Positions 1 through 13,422 of a DNA stretch of 64,000 nucleotides are shown here, in pieces. A program made the translations under genes and the position numbers. Numbering within the stretch: position 1 is the stretch's first letter; each line of letters begins with the position of its first letter. The stretch comes from Octopus sinensis (lineage: Eukaryota): contig NC_043001.1 of assembly GCF_006345805.1 (NCBI RefSeq), positions 126,790,001 to 126,854,000 on the forward strand, read 5' to 3'. Under the pieces are notes generated by a model. That model did no database searches. It saw only the letters and a list, made by a program, of their open reading frames with translations, and was not told the DNA's origin.

Positions 1-1550
1 GCACTAACTCATAAATCATATGCGGACCAAACCTACTTAGAACACATATCGGGATATAATGTTTTTCGCACAGAATCTATAAAAGACAAATAAGTAAAAT
101 TGCTGTTATAAATATGAATAATCATCAATTTGAAAACGGGTCTCTTGAAGTATAAGGATGACAATTAGATAATACATTACCTAATTACCGTAACATGTAA
201 CAGACACCGACTTACTACATTTTATCATAATAGGACAGGAAAGATTGCAATAATAGTAAAGCCATAATTTTTTTATAACCTCAGACAGAATTTATAAATT
301 AATCTTCTTTGTAGCCACAGGTTTCCTTGGATGTCACGCCGTTATTGGTTCAACATTTTTATTAATTTTTAATCCGAATTATAATAAATTACTCTTTCTC
401 TCATCATTTTTTGTTTCGAAATAATAGCTTGATGTTGACACAATGTAGATGTTGTTTGATTATTCCTATACACAGCAATGCCTTCAGCCGGCAGAACACT
501 ATTTTATAATAGTTTTGCTCGTTAAATTTCACCTGCATTTATTGGATTACATACTTAGTAAACAATAAAATTTAGTAAATCCATTAGCACATCGGTATTC
601 AATATCTATGAATTTATTCATCAATACTCACTAAGGACATGTGTCAAGTAATTTAGCTAAAAGCACAAAATAGTGATATGCAAATGTGAAGTGTATACCT
701 AATGTTACATACATATAGCTGTTCAATTGTTAGCTATATCACCTATTTGTGACCTACTATGACATACGAAGTTTTGCATTCTACTTTTGTGAATATACTT
801 AATTTTTTAAAAAAGAGTTGCACATACTTCTGGTTGTATATCTAAATGCACGAGCGCCAAAAAAGTATAAATAGAAATGAAATAAACGAACAAAAGCAAT
901 GCTCATTAAAAGAATACGTATAATTTGTTATTCAGTTGTTGCATCTTTTATTGTTACTATTTTTTAATTACAATCAATAAAACATATTTTAAATAAATAG
1001 AAGTAGAGAAGAAATTAGAAAAATAAATATTCCTACGTGAAGGATTTTCGAAACAAATTGAAGATAAAATAATACATGAGTATTAAAATAGTAATAATTT
1101 CTATCTGATACGTAAGAGCAGAAATTAAAAAAGGGAGGTGAAGTCGTGATATTCATGCCTTTTCCAAAGACACGACTATCATAGTTAAAGGAAAGAATTG
1201 CAACCAGGAATTAAAACCATGTTGCAAGTGTCGATGCACTTACGTCAATTTCCATAACATGGGGATTCACTCAATAACAAAAATATTAGGTATCATTAAA
1301 AAAAAAATGAAAATAAGAAGGAACAGTATGGAAAGAAATAGGAAGAGACGGAGAAGTTGTAGAAAGTAGACAATGAGATAGAAACACAATGCAAGGGTTT
1401 ATAACAAAAAATAATATTTGACTACGCCATAAAACTGCGTTGAAGGTCAGCGATGCATTTTGGCAGTGACCAGTTTATCGGTTTCCCATTTGGTTCATAG
1501 TACTGTTACCCTGATAATGTTTAAAGATCGTGTTTTTTATGTTTTATGTT

Positions 1551-1608
<58 letters not shown>

Positions 1609-1666
1609 TTAATTTAATTTTGTTTCTCCATTTATATCTTAATCTTTCGTTTGTTCGTCAAAATAG

Positions 1667-1745
1667 GAAAGAAGTTCTGGCCGGCAATCAATCAGATGAG
1701 GACTGGTTTAAGGATGTGTTTACTTTCATTGAAGAATCTTGCTGA
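1667..1745 (+). CDS. Candidate terminal coding exon of a convergent gene: KEVLAGNQSDEDWFKDVFTFIEESC*
   Basis: Pyrimidine tract plus AG at 1665-1666, non-repetitive protein-like frame ending in TGA, AATAAA at 2000-2005. No upstream exon found. Confidence 0.25.
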
Positions 1746-2018
1746 ATCTGAAATGCATAGAGATAAATAAGTTTTTGAATTATATTGTAAAAACCGTGGG
1801 GCAATATGTTGGAAGAGGTCATTAAACGACAAGCAAAGTACTTTTACATTTCCAATCGGAAGAGATACTAATCGTCAAAATTCTAGAATCGTCGAATTCG
1901 TCTTTTATCGTTAAGTGGTCGAAAAATAATTACCAATTAAATACAGAGTTCTATTTAAACGACTACACACTTCTTAAACGATTATTCTTATGTCTATATA
2001 ATAAATCATTAGGACAAT

Positions 2019-2216
2019 TATTGGTTTCAGCTTTTTGGCACAAGGTCAGTAATTTCAGGTGAGAGGTAAGTCTATTACATCGACACCAGGGCTCAAATGG
2101 TATTTATTTTATCACCCCCGAAAAGATGAAAGGCATAGTCAACCTCTGCAGAATTTGAACTGAGAATGTAAAAGACCAACGAAATGCGTGCTAACGATGC
2201 TGCAAGCTTACCGCCT
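2019..2216 (-). mobile_element. SINE family 1, diverged
   Basis: Similar to 24441-24669 (cgacacc..gaaagg..gaatttgaact). Confidence 0.75.
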
Positions 2217-2249
2217 TAATCATTATTTTAATTCTTGAAAAAATGGGAC

Positions 2250-2460
2250 AAGCCATTAGAATCATTAATGTGTGGCACAAAATGTTTAGCGGCATTTCCT
2301 CTGACTCTTTGCATTCTGAGTTCAAATTCTGTCGAGGTTGACTTTGCTTTTCATTTTCTTCGAAGTCGATTAAATAAGTACCAGTAGAGCACTGGGGTCG
2401 ATGTTAGTGACTTAGCCCATGCCCTCAAAATTTCAGTGCCTATGTTTATAGTAGAAAGAA
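2250..2460 (+). mobile_element. SINE family 1, diverged
   Basis: ctgagttcaaatt..gaggttgactttg..taagtaccag..ctggggtcgat. Confidence 0.75.
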
Positions 2461-2579
2461 TTATCATAATTATTAAAGACATTTAAAGCGAATTGATTGC
2501 TGATTGTGGAATTGTCAACGTTATATGGTTACATACAGGCTTTCATTGCCAGAATCCCGAGAAAATAGTAGTAATAATA

Positions 2580-3470
2580 TGTAGGATGTTCGGGCTAAAT
2601 TTGACGACATTTTTTGTCTCCTTTTTCTTTCATGAACAGCAGATGTATTGATGAATAGTCACTGACGTTGGAGAACACAAACATTAAAGTTGTAGTTGAG
2701 AAAAAAGCTGATATGGAGGATTGGAAGCCATCTGAATATCGAAAAAGAATTACTTGTATCATTATGATTCACGCAGGTTATCAAAACGCCGACATCATGA
2801 CTGCTGCATAATACTTTGTGAACGCTGACAAAGCTGAAAGATGTAACATGGACACCTGCAACGGAGACTACGTAACTGTGACCAGTAGGAGGGAATACGG
2901 CCAGGGTTCTGACAGCGTCCGTGTGGCAGAGTTCAACACTACATTTTTTGAAGAGAGCTTTAAGCTCAATTTAGACGGCTATGTGAATCTGTTAATGACT
3001 GTGGCCAAGCCCTGGCTGGAGAGGGTTGCTTCTGGAAGGCCATATGTGTGACAGAAAGACTCGGCTCCTTGTCATACCCCAGAAAATAAATGTCGGATTA
3101 TTTCTACGACTTCACCAGACTCACCTTCTGGCTTCCTAATTCCTTCGAATGTAGTACCATGAATTGTTATGTGTGGAGCGCGGTTGAGAAAGACACTAGA
3201 GCTCTGCCTGCAACATTAAGGCCGATTCGGTGGTCAAGATCGAGGAGGTGCTCTAAGATATCTCCAGAGACACAGTGAGGAACATATGCGCCAGATTCTG
3301 GAGTCGTCTTAAGGCCGTGGCGATAGCTGGACACAGCTACTTTGAGTAAACTGTTATCGCCTAGCCATAATCTAGTTGATATTTTGGATCTTTTTAAAAT
3401 ACTATTATTTTTATCGATGATGTTTATTTTCTTTGTATGTGAACTGTCAACTTTCCTCGAACTCCCTGTA
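2580..3470 (+). mobile_element. Tc1/mariner transposon, internally deleted and degenerate
   Basis: Frames encode RPYVxQKDSAPCH and WLPNSFECSTMNCYVWSAVEK (DDE-region motifs); ends ...ccctgTA. Confidence 0.75.
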
Positions 3471-4299
3471 CACTGGAAATCAAAGAAGTCAGTCATAAAC
3501 TTCCCTCGCATATTCCTCATTCCTCAATCCATTAAGTCCAAGTCTACATAGATTCTTCTTTGTATTTCATCTTCATGGAGTCGAATAGGTACTAGCAATG
3601 GAATACTGTCAATTCAAACAACTATATTTCTTCATTAAAGAGAAAGGCATTGAGCATATGGAGCGTTCATTATCAAAGACGTAATCGATAAAGATGTAGT
3701 GAAATGGCTACAACCTAGAATCGAAGCCAACTCGCTGTGTTCCTATCCTCTTTAGCAGAATAGCTTACTGTTTTTATACAGGGCAATGTGTGACGTATTT
3801 CTTTCTATCATCCTGCTCATTATCCTAAGTTCTGTAAACTTCCAGAAACGCTGCAGGCACTTTTCTAAGATGGACTATTTTGTGTAACCTCAAATCAATT
3901 GTTGTTGAGCAGACATATGATCAAAGACACTTCAACTATGACCCTCTTTTTTCTACGATTATCTAGGACTACATTATTTCATGTAGTCTCTCTTATATAA
4001 TACGATGGAGTGTGGTTCGAAGAAGATTTCGTTGATATCTGTAGTTGATAAAACCACTTCTTAGATGCTTCCTCTTCGTAATATACTAACAATAATACAC
4101 AATCCAGCAATAATACACAACGTAAGAGAAACAGTGAAAGTCTGCTTCCGTTGTTGTTAACCTTACTTTTAAACTTTTCTTAGATTACCAAAGCAGTGGT
4201 TTTATACTGTTTCCTTCCCTTAGTTCACGTAATTTACATCATCATCATCATCATCATCTTAATCAACATCTTAATCATTGTCGTCGCTATCATCATCAT

Positions 4300-4554
4300 C
4301 GTTACCGCTGTGTTTTAATGATTTAGAACCTGCATAGGATTTATTGCAACCTGCTTCGATTCTTCAACTTGCCATCGATCCTAAATTTTTATCTATCTTT
4401 ATCCAAATTCACTAATCTACAAATTATAATCTACTAATCTAACATACCAAGGAGCTATTCTATTTAGTCAATCAGCTGCATCAAGTCCGATGTATTGACT
4501 AAAACTCGAAGTTCTAACATGTATAGGTTTTGTGGTGTTTCTAAATCTAAGTGA
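4300..4554 (-). other. Candidate 3'UTR exon of the neuropeptide gene (left boundary unknown)
   Basis: Acceptor tttttatatttatatatttacag| at 4555-4556 would pair with the GTGAG donor at 4688-4689 (135-nt intron). Confidence 0.35.
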
Positions 4555-4701
4555 CTGTAAATATATAAATATAAAAACTGGACAGCTTTCATTTTAAAAC
4601 AATGAAATAAATACAGAAATTTCAGAGAGCGAGAGTGAGAGAAAGAGAGAGAGAGACAGACAGAGAAAGAAAGAAATCAAATGCCTCACCATTTCTTTAG
4701 A

Positions 4702-4807
4702 TTACTCAGTCTTTGCAAGTCTCTCTGCTGCAAATCGGATCAGTCTTTGAGCCAGAATTGAACGTTTGATGTCGTCGCTTGATATGTCACTACGTTTTTT
4801 CTTGCCA
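4702..4807 (-). CDS. Neuropeptide precursor, last coding exon: (S)GKKKR-SDISSDDIKRSILAQRLIRFAAERLAKTE*
   Basis: Acceptor attttag|t, phase 2; amidation/cleavage signal GKKKR, second KR site, TAA at 4702-4704. Exon continues to a GTGAG donor (exon 4690-4807). Confidence 0.85.
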
Positions 4808-4968
4808 CTAAAATCGTAAGCAAAACTAAGTGTAAAAAAACCAGTGTAGGGAAAAAATGTCTGGTTACTAAAATTTTATCAAATTAAGCGGAAAGATCTC
4901 GCCAGTAATTAATTTTCACTTTTCAAATCAAAAGCTGTTGGAAAGATGTGTGTTTGTGTGTGTGTGTG

Positions 4969-5003
<35 letters not shown>

Positions 5004-6863
5004 TGTGTGTACTTACCTAAAAAATATAACAGTGCAGCATCTCTTTTCTTAAATATGATTAATTGTTTAAGCTAAGATTACAAATTTATTACCAATTTAT
5101 AACTACGGAACTAAGATTATGTTTATAGCTTACAAACGAAATCGAAACCGTATCATGAATTAGGGACATTAAAAAGTGATTATTATCTATAAAAAAACAC
5201 ATTCGATATTGTTCAATTTTATAATCGTTATAGCTCACTGGATCGCCAACGAATGTTGTACTTTCCTGTTATTTGTGAAAGGTCTTTGCCTTAAGTTATA
5301 GAAGCCAACCTGTAAAAGGGATATTAAGTTGCCCCTTCCCTCAGGAGACTCGAGATAACATCTTGGACAAATGGTAGCAATCTATCTAGGCTACTCATCT
5401 AGGTTTATGCTGAATTCTAAAGCCAGGCAAAACTGTTGGACAAGTGTTATGTATTCCCTTCAACTGTGGATTGAGGATGGTGGCTGCTCTCAATATATTA
5501 TTGGTATTTTACTATCAAGACACTAGGTACGACATTAGACCAATTCTCCCTCAATTCTCCTGATGCAATAGAATATCATTGTACTGCGTAAAAATGGAGC
5601 ACTTATAGATTTACTTGTCCTTCGCATCATTCATAGTAAGCCTGCTTACATCAACATATCAAAGCAGTAGCAGCGATCGACGGATGCTCTATTTCTGTTT
5701 TTCAAAGGCTTTTATTAGGCCGATTTGATAACTGTTTAGTTTTAAACGAAATGTAAAAGTATGACATGAAATAGAACCTACATTGCCAGCGCAACTTGCC
5801 AATTTTCGACTATCTGTAGAATTTGCTATAATTTAAGTTCATTTTCATTTTTTGGATTAGGTATTAACTTACTCAGCCACAACTACCACCAATACCACCA
5901 CCTACACTACCACCACCACCATCGACGGCACAACCACCACCGCTACTACTACTACTACTACTACTACTACTATCCTGTGGCGATTGTACCGATACTGCCA
6001 AGAGCTTTTGTATAGAAAGAGATAAGGATATAGAAAATAATTCAATATTAATCACGAGATCGACCAAGTGCACAAAGTCATCATGTACGTGTATGTGTGT
6101 TTTATGCGCACATGTCTCTGTATGTGTTATATATAAGTGCGAACTTCAATTCAAAGACTGTTGTATGTATGTATGTTTGTAATTATGTATGTATGTATGC
6201 ATGTATGTATGTATTTACATATGTATGTATGAATGCATGTATGTATGAGCGCTTAACAAACCGTGAAACGGTCAGGTATGACACTTCTCTTTTGTTTTCT
6301 GTGCATCACAGTTAGAGAAAAATGTGTCTACATGTTAAATATTTCTCTTAAAGTCAGGTCTTCTAATATTTATATTTATTTCAGTGTTTCTGACTCACAC
6401 TGTTTTATGCATAATATATCTGTTAAAGACGACTCGTCAAAAGCACAATTATATAAACTAAGCAATCCACCACAGTTATAGCCTAATTTATACCTGCTTT
6501 ATATAGCAGCTGAATATTAGTGATTGAGAACGAGTATATATCTTAGAGGAGAGGTCAACAATCCGTGAAATGATTCATAAAAAAACTCCACTTAGATTTT
6601 CTGTTCATCGAAAGCATGGGACCGGTTACATGAAAGGAAGAACTTGAAATATAAAGAACTAGTTAGAAAATGGCAGGAATAGAGGCTTCTAACTGATGTG
6701 GGTTGCCATGGGTTAGCAGCTAGGTCTATTATGTCCTGCTTAGCTCATTTGACTTTTAGCTTTTTTTTTTTTGTCACTTACCCTCATCGTTTGCGTCGAA
6801 TTGTTTGTCGATGTAGAAAAGTTGGGAGGTAAGAGATTATATGTATATATATATCTATATATA

Positions 6864-7022
6864 GTAAAGTCAGTCGTTACATCAAGGCGGATGTTTAATG
6901 TTACTACTAGTTTAATCCCAGGTAATCTGCACTCGCACCAATAACCAGCTGGCAGGGAATCTGCCTGGGGTTAAGCTAGTAGTAACATTCAACAGCCACT
7001 TTGATATATCGACTGACTTTAC
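6864..7022. mobile_element. Foldback MITE
   Basis: TA-flanked; TIR gtaaagtcagtcg../..cgactgactttac; inner 28-bp inverted repeat 6897-6924 / 6962-6989. Confidence 0.7.
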
Positions 7023-7089
7023 TATTTAGTATAGTTACGACTCTATCTCAAGAAGAGATAGAGTTGTAACTAATTTGATTATATATATA

Positions 7090-7676
7090 TTTTATTATTA
7101 TTATTTTTTATCTAGTTTCAGCTCACGAGCTGTGGCCATGCTGGGGCACCGCCATTTGGTGTTGCTATATAATTTTACTTCACGAATGCTTTTTAGCAGG
7201 AAGAGATTCAGTTTTATTTTAAAGACATCTGCATCCACCCCATGCAGGTCTCTCAGGTTCTTCGGGAGGATATTGAAGAGCTGTGGGCCTCTGAAGCCCA
7301 GGCTATCACAGTATCTTGTCCTACATCTTGATGGCAAATTTGGAGTCCTTGGCACTATGCAGTGGCGCCCAGTTCTAGCATTTGTGTAACTCTCGATGCC
7401 AAAGTTTGGGACAAGTCCTTCTAGTATCTTCCAGATGTATATTATGGCATATCTTTCTCGCCTACGCTCTAAGGAATAGAGTCTTAATCTCTTGAGTCTT
7501 TCCCAGTAGCTTATATGCTGCACAGAGGCTATCTTCTTCGTGTAGCTTCGTAGCCTCAAGTTCTGTGATTAACTTGACACTGGATGGTGACCATAGCTGA
7601 GAGCAATAGTCAAAGTGGCTTAGGATAAGTGTCCTCCAGAGGACCATCATGGTTTTCTGGTCTCTTGTTCTAAAGG

Positions 7677-7678
<2 letters not shown>
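7090..7678 (-). mobile_element. CR1/L2-type LINE, 3' fragment
   Basis: LILSHFDYCSQLWSP, YWERLKRLRLYSLERRRER and GPQLFNILP motifs; frameshift; 3' tail ggcggtgccccagcatggcc. Confidence 0.85.
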
Positions 7679-7733
<55 letters not shown>

Positions 7734-7787
7734 TATCGAATTTGTGTTAATGTGTATAGAATAAGTATATCAGTTATATAAACAATT

Positions 7788-7948
7788 GCCATTTAAGAAC
7801 ACACAAAACCCGTTACTTTCACTTCAACATTTAAATACACAAAATGTTGTCAATGAACAGGTCGCGGTTTGGAAGCGATGAAAATATTTTGACACAAATT
7901 TAATTTAAATATTGAAGTGAAACTGACGGTTTTTTGTCCTTAAATGGC
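7788..7948. mobile_element. MITE-like inverted-repeat element
   Basis: About 50-bp imperfect arms gccatttaag..tttcacttcaacatttaaat / atttaaatattgaagtgaaa..cttaaatggc. Confidence 0.55.
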
Positions 7949-8399
7949 CGACAAGCATCTTCCACGCTGCAATTGTTTTTGCTTCAGCACACGATCTCAG
8001 ATCATGTAACTTGCAATGCAGGTACGTCTCCGTATTGTGTGTGTGTGTGTGTCCTCTGACGTATTTTGTAATATGCATTCGTGCTTCTGTGAGTGTATGT
8101 TTGCATGGGAATTGTTAGATTTGAGAACACGTTTGCGAATGTTTGTGTATTCTTGTGTTTGTATGTGACTGTAAGATTGTGTGTTTCTGTGCGTTCGACT
8201 GCGTTTTGAAATGCTTTTCGTAAATTTGGCATTCAACAATGGAGAGTACTAGATTTTTAAAACGTCAAGTGATATTTGATATTTTTGAATCGCTTGGTCA
8301 GCAAATAATACATATTTAGAGAATAATAATTAAAAAACAAGAAAGAAAGTTAAATGTTGAAAGTATGTCACATCAGCAAGAAAATCTGAACTATAAATT

Positions 8400-8550
8400 T
8401 AACAAGGATGACGATAATTATGACAATGATGACGATGATGATGATGAGAAGGAGTGGGAGGAGGAGGAAGAGGAAAGGAAGGAGGAAGAGGAAAGGAAGG
8501 AGGAAGAGGAAAGGAAGGAGGAAGAGGAAGAGAAGGAGGAGGATAGCGAT
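8400..8550. repeat. GAT / GAG-GAA triplet repeat with an 18-bp superunit
   Basis: aggaagaggaaaggaagg repeated. Confidence 0.85.
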
Positions 8551-9029
8551 GATGAAATCTAAGATGTGTGACAGGAATGCAGTAAGACGTAAATATATGT
8601 GAAAAGTCAGAAATATATACAGAAAATACATAATAACGAAATACAAAAAGAACACTTGATTATGCGAAATATATTGAAGTATATAGAAACATAAACATTT
8701 AATAATGAGGAATATTTAACATAAACTTTTAATAATGAGAAACATTTAAACATAGAGAAATATATATCAAACAATGAAACATATATTTAATTATATAGAA
8801 ATACATTTACATTTAACAATGAGAAATACATTTAAGCATATAGAAATATATGAAATATGAAAAATACATTTAAACATATAGAAATACATATATACACACA
8901 CATATATACGTTTAACAATGAAAATGCATTTAAGCATACAGAAATACATATAAAAGTGAGAAATACATTTCAACATACGGAAATACAATTTACATTTAAC
9001 ACTGAAAAATAATTTCTTAACATAGAAAT

Positions 9030-9530
<501 letters not shown>

Positions 9531-9539
9531 GTGTAACAT

Positions 9540-9960
9540 AGATATTTACAAAGTGAGTGAGATGTCTGTTTAGCATTAAAAGAAATCGGCTCAGGTTATT
9601 TGATGTCAGTTTTGGTCTGGACTCCTCGTAACTTTCTCTCTCACCATCATCACAACTATATTCATTAGAATATTCGGCCACAGACCCACCATTGTCTGCT
9701 ACAGATTAGGGATTCCAACAGAGCTGTTCGTTCATGTGAACGTCTTTCTCCAAGATATCATCTTCACAGGGTGACAGACATTAGTAATTTAAACCAATGA
9801 TGCCCTCATGAAGACTGTTGAGATGCCACTTCTGCTGATCTAGAGTTGTTTGAACTACGCGATCGATATTTGCAAATAGATGAGATGGACTTACGTTACC
9901 AGCAACGCCATGATATCTGTGCTGGCCATAGATATTGTGGCGTAGTTTGTAACATATGGA
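9540..9960 (-). mobile_element. Possible Tigger/pogo transposase C-terminal remnant
   Basis: Acidic stretch followed by [19 protein letters not shown], resembling Tigger C-termini; in-frame stop upstream. Confidence 0.3.
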
Positions 9961-10792
9961 GATATTACAAAAAAATTAAACGTCTCATTAACCATAATGA
10001 AAACATAAAGAAAAAGTAAACAATACAAACAACAACAATAATAATAAATGAGTTTTCAGTGTAGGAATATATTTATAAATATGCTTATGTATGTATTTTG
10101 TGCATATGTATGTGTATATTAATTAGTTTGGTCCAAAGAAAAGGCTGCTTTCGTAGATTTCTTAACCCCACTCTCCATAGACCCGAGGTCTATGCAGTTA
10201 ATTGAAAATTAATGTTTGCAAAAAAGAAAAAAATTGCTGGATGGGAGCCTAAAAGATACCGATCTTCTTGGAGAGCAGAACTGGATGCAATGGTTAGAGC
10301 GATATTATGAGAGCGAGGATTTTTCACTGCATGTGTGAAAGAAACTATTGAATTTGCAGTTTTGAAATGGTTGAATGAATCTGGTGCAAAGTCAAACAAT
10401 TCCGAAGAGAAGAAATGACTGAAGTAGTGTCGAAAAAAAAAATGAGAAAAGATAAGCACATATGTGGATCAGAAGTTGATCTATATATAAGATGGAGAGC
10501 GATTTCATGAGAATCAGTCATGGAGCGATTTTCTAGCAGCGCTCTAGATTGTCACTAAATGTGTAATACTAGACACGACATAGAAGTATTAATTTATAGT
10601 TTTTACTTGTGCTTTGCAATGATTAGTAGTTCTAACGGAGAGGGATCTGCATTGCATTCTGATATTAAGGATGAAAAATCAAACTTCTTGATTTAGTCTT
10701 TCCCATGCTGAGGATGTACAATGACCAAAGTAGATTCTGGAAGATGCAGAGGCGCAGCATTTGTAACAACCATTAACATTTTAGATGCAGGT

Positions 10793-11126
10793 TACTCTCT
10801 TTTACTCTTTTAGTTGTTTCAGCCATTTGACTGTGGCCATGCTGGAGCACCGCCTTTAGTCGAGCAAATCGACTCCAGGACTTATGCTTTGTAAGCCTAG
10901 TACTTATTCTATCGGTCTCTTTTGCCGAACCGCTAGGTTACGGGGACGTAAACACACCAGCATCAGTTGTCAAGCGATGTTGGAAGGACAAACACAGACA
11001 CACAAACGTATACACACACACACATATATATACATATATACGACGGGCTTATTTCAGTTTCCTTCTACCAAATCCACTCACAAGGGTTTGGTCGGCCCGA
11101 GGCTACAGTAGAAGACACTTGCCAGG
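10793..11126 (-). mobile_element. tRNA-derived SINE family 2, 5'-truncated
   Basis: (tactctt)n tail, ggccatgctggagcaccgcc, taagcctagtacttattctatcgg, internal CA microsatellite. Confidence 0.85.
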
Positions 11127-11156
11127 TTATTCATATTTTAGCGTTTTTGTTTTCTC

Positions 11157-11203
<47 letters not shown>

Positions 11204-11896
11204 TGTATGTGTGCGTGTGTGTGTGTACGTGGGCGTGCGTGTGAAGGCTCAATAATATTGTTCCTGTCATGTTACTAACTGATGAAATAATATATTTCTA
11301 CCTTTAAAAAAAATGCACCTTGGTGAAGTTTTGAAAGGATTTAGGAGAATTTTCACTGCTATAACCGACCCATTTTATTAATGGTCTCAAACGAACAAGT
11401 CGATAGTAAAGGGATTCGAATTCAGTATTTGCTGAAAATAAGCAGCATAAGGCACTTGATTATTGCTTTTGTGGTTGTATAAACTTCATCGACCCGTCGT
11501 ACACATTTGATGATACAAATGCAATGGGAATCAATGAGGCTTCATAGTGTTGGCAAAATATCTTACTGATTCCATGTTTGTAGCAAAAAACTTTCACCAA
11601 GGGAAAAGAAACAAAAAAAAAACAGATTAAACTGAACTAGGAAAGAAAGAAATATGGATTTCTTACATAGGTATAAGGTCACACATTTTCGGCGACAGAA
11701 AGATCGAATATATCCGAAACAATACTGGATCCGTATTCCTATTATCGACCCCACAAAGATAACCTCCTCATCGGCAAGATTCGAATTTCGATCGTAAACG
11801 TTTGTAACTACATGCCACAAGGCAGATCTAATATTCATTATATCTAAACATTGATTATAGAATGCAGATGAATTTTTAAACTCACTATCCATATTG

Positions 11897-11969
<73 letters not shown>

Positions 11970-12377
11970 CATACATACATATATACATACATACATATAC
12001 ATATATATATATATATGTATGTATATATATATAAATGAAATTTTCGTCAATAGGGTCAGCATTTGAATTAAATAAATGAATGCTGGTTGTGTAATGGAGC
12101 GATTAACACTTCATAGTCTTCCTTAGATGTGGTGAAGTTCTTTCTTCTCATAACACTGAAAAGCCATATGTAAAACTTCAATAAAAATCGAGATTTCGGT
12201 CACTGATTTCTCGAGAAAAATATTGTCTTTGTTTAATTTAACTTTTAACTCAAATCTAATGAAACTGAAAATGTTCTTCAACGTAAGTAATGTTTAGGAA
12301 ATAGCCATTACTTCAAAGCAATTCACAATTGAAGAAGTGTATAGACTTCACAGGATTCGTTTAATAGCACATATACA

Positions 12378-12780
12378 GACATAGCTGTGTTGTAAGAAGC
12401 TTGCTTACCAACCACATGGTTCCGGGTTCAGGCCAGTGCGTGGCACCTTGGGCAAGTGTCTTCTAATATAACCTCGGGCCACTCGAAGCCCTGTGAGTGG
12501 ATTTAGTAGAGGGAAACTGAAAGAAGCCTGTCGTGTGTATATATGTATGTGTGTGTATGTGCGTGTGTGCGACTTTGTGTCTGTGTTTCCCTACCCCATT
12601 CCATGACAACCGGTGTTTACGTCCCCGTTATCTAGCGGTTCGGCAAAACAGTCCGATAGAATAAGTACTAGGCTTAAAAAGCAAGCCCTGGGGTCGATTT
12701 ATCCGATTAAAATCCTGCAAGGTGGTACTCCAGTATGGCTGCAGTCAAATGACTGAAACTAATAAAAGAATAAAAGAATA
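12378..12780 (+). mobile_element. SINE family 2, near full length
   Basis: Head gctgtg..taagaagcttgctt..ggttccgggttca; tail (aataaaag)n. Confidence 0.85.
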
Positions 12781-13242
12781 GAAGAATATATATATACGTA
12801 TACGTATATATAAATACATATGAATGTATGTATGTATGTATATATATATATACCTAACGAAACGATTGGTCAAAACATTAATGACGTCACGCTACGCTAG
12901 ATTGACCACCTAACAGGCATTATAAAACCGAGCATTTCACAAAAAATCACTAGAACCACCCAGCGAACTTCCACCATGGGTCGTCACAATTGCTTAAGGT
13001 AAAAATGAATTCCTCGCTCTTTCGGAAACATCAATCTTCTGTATTGACCGCTTTCCACCACTTTGATCTGTTTTTTGTATTGAATACGTATCGCCACCGT
13101 GGGCCACTGCATCGAACACTTTGAACATATACTTCAAACTATATATCAACTATACATGAACTCTAAGATGTCTGACTCCGTTGTGTATTATAAATGAATT
13201 TCTTGTGTTTGACGGCATGAGCTGTCTCTTTTTATATATAAC

Positions 13243-13285
13243 TTTTTTTGATAAGGTTCATTTCAGGAACTGAAACATGTTATAA
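13243..13285 (+). ncRNA. Minimal hammerhead-like motif, U3-A8 variant
   Basis: TTGATAA-GGTTC-7nt-GAACT-GAA-ACATGT-T; palindromic stem III, weak stem I. Confidence 0.4.
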
Positions 13286-13343
13286 TGTATATATAAAAAT
13301 TAAAAATTGTATAATACAGCAGCATTTTCGAACTTCATTTTTT

Positions 13344-13380
<37 letters not shown>

Positions 13381-13386
13381 CATACA

Positions 13387-13422
<36 letters not shown>

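Noticed and set aside
5017-5070. Possible extra exon (KRCCTVIFFS or RDAALLYFL) before the last exon
   Set aside because: Good donor, but only a poor AAG acceptor, the wrong entry phase, and stops upstream.
5873-6073. Gly/Ser-rich ORF ending next to a GTAAG donor
   Set aside because: Built from (ACC)n/(ACT)n. No acceptor gives a sensible phase-2 frame with the neuropeptide exons.
11561-11584. 24-nt phase-2/2 micro-exon (FLLQTWN)
   Set aside because: Needs a non-consensus AAG acceptor and has no family motif.
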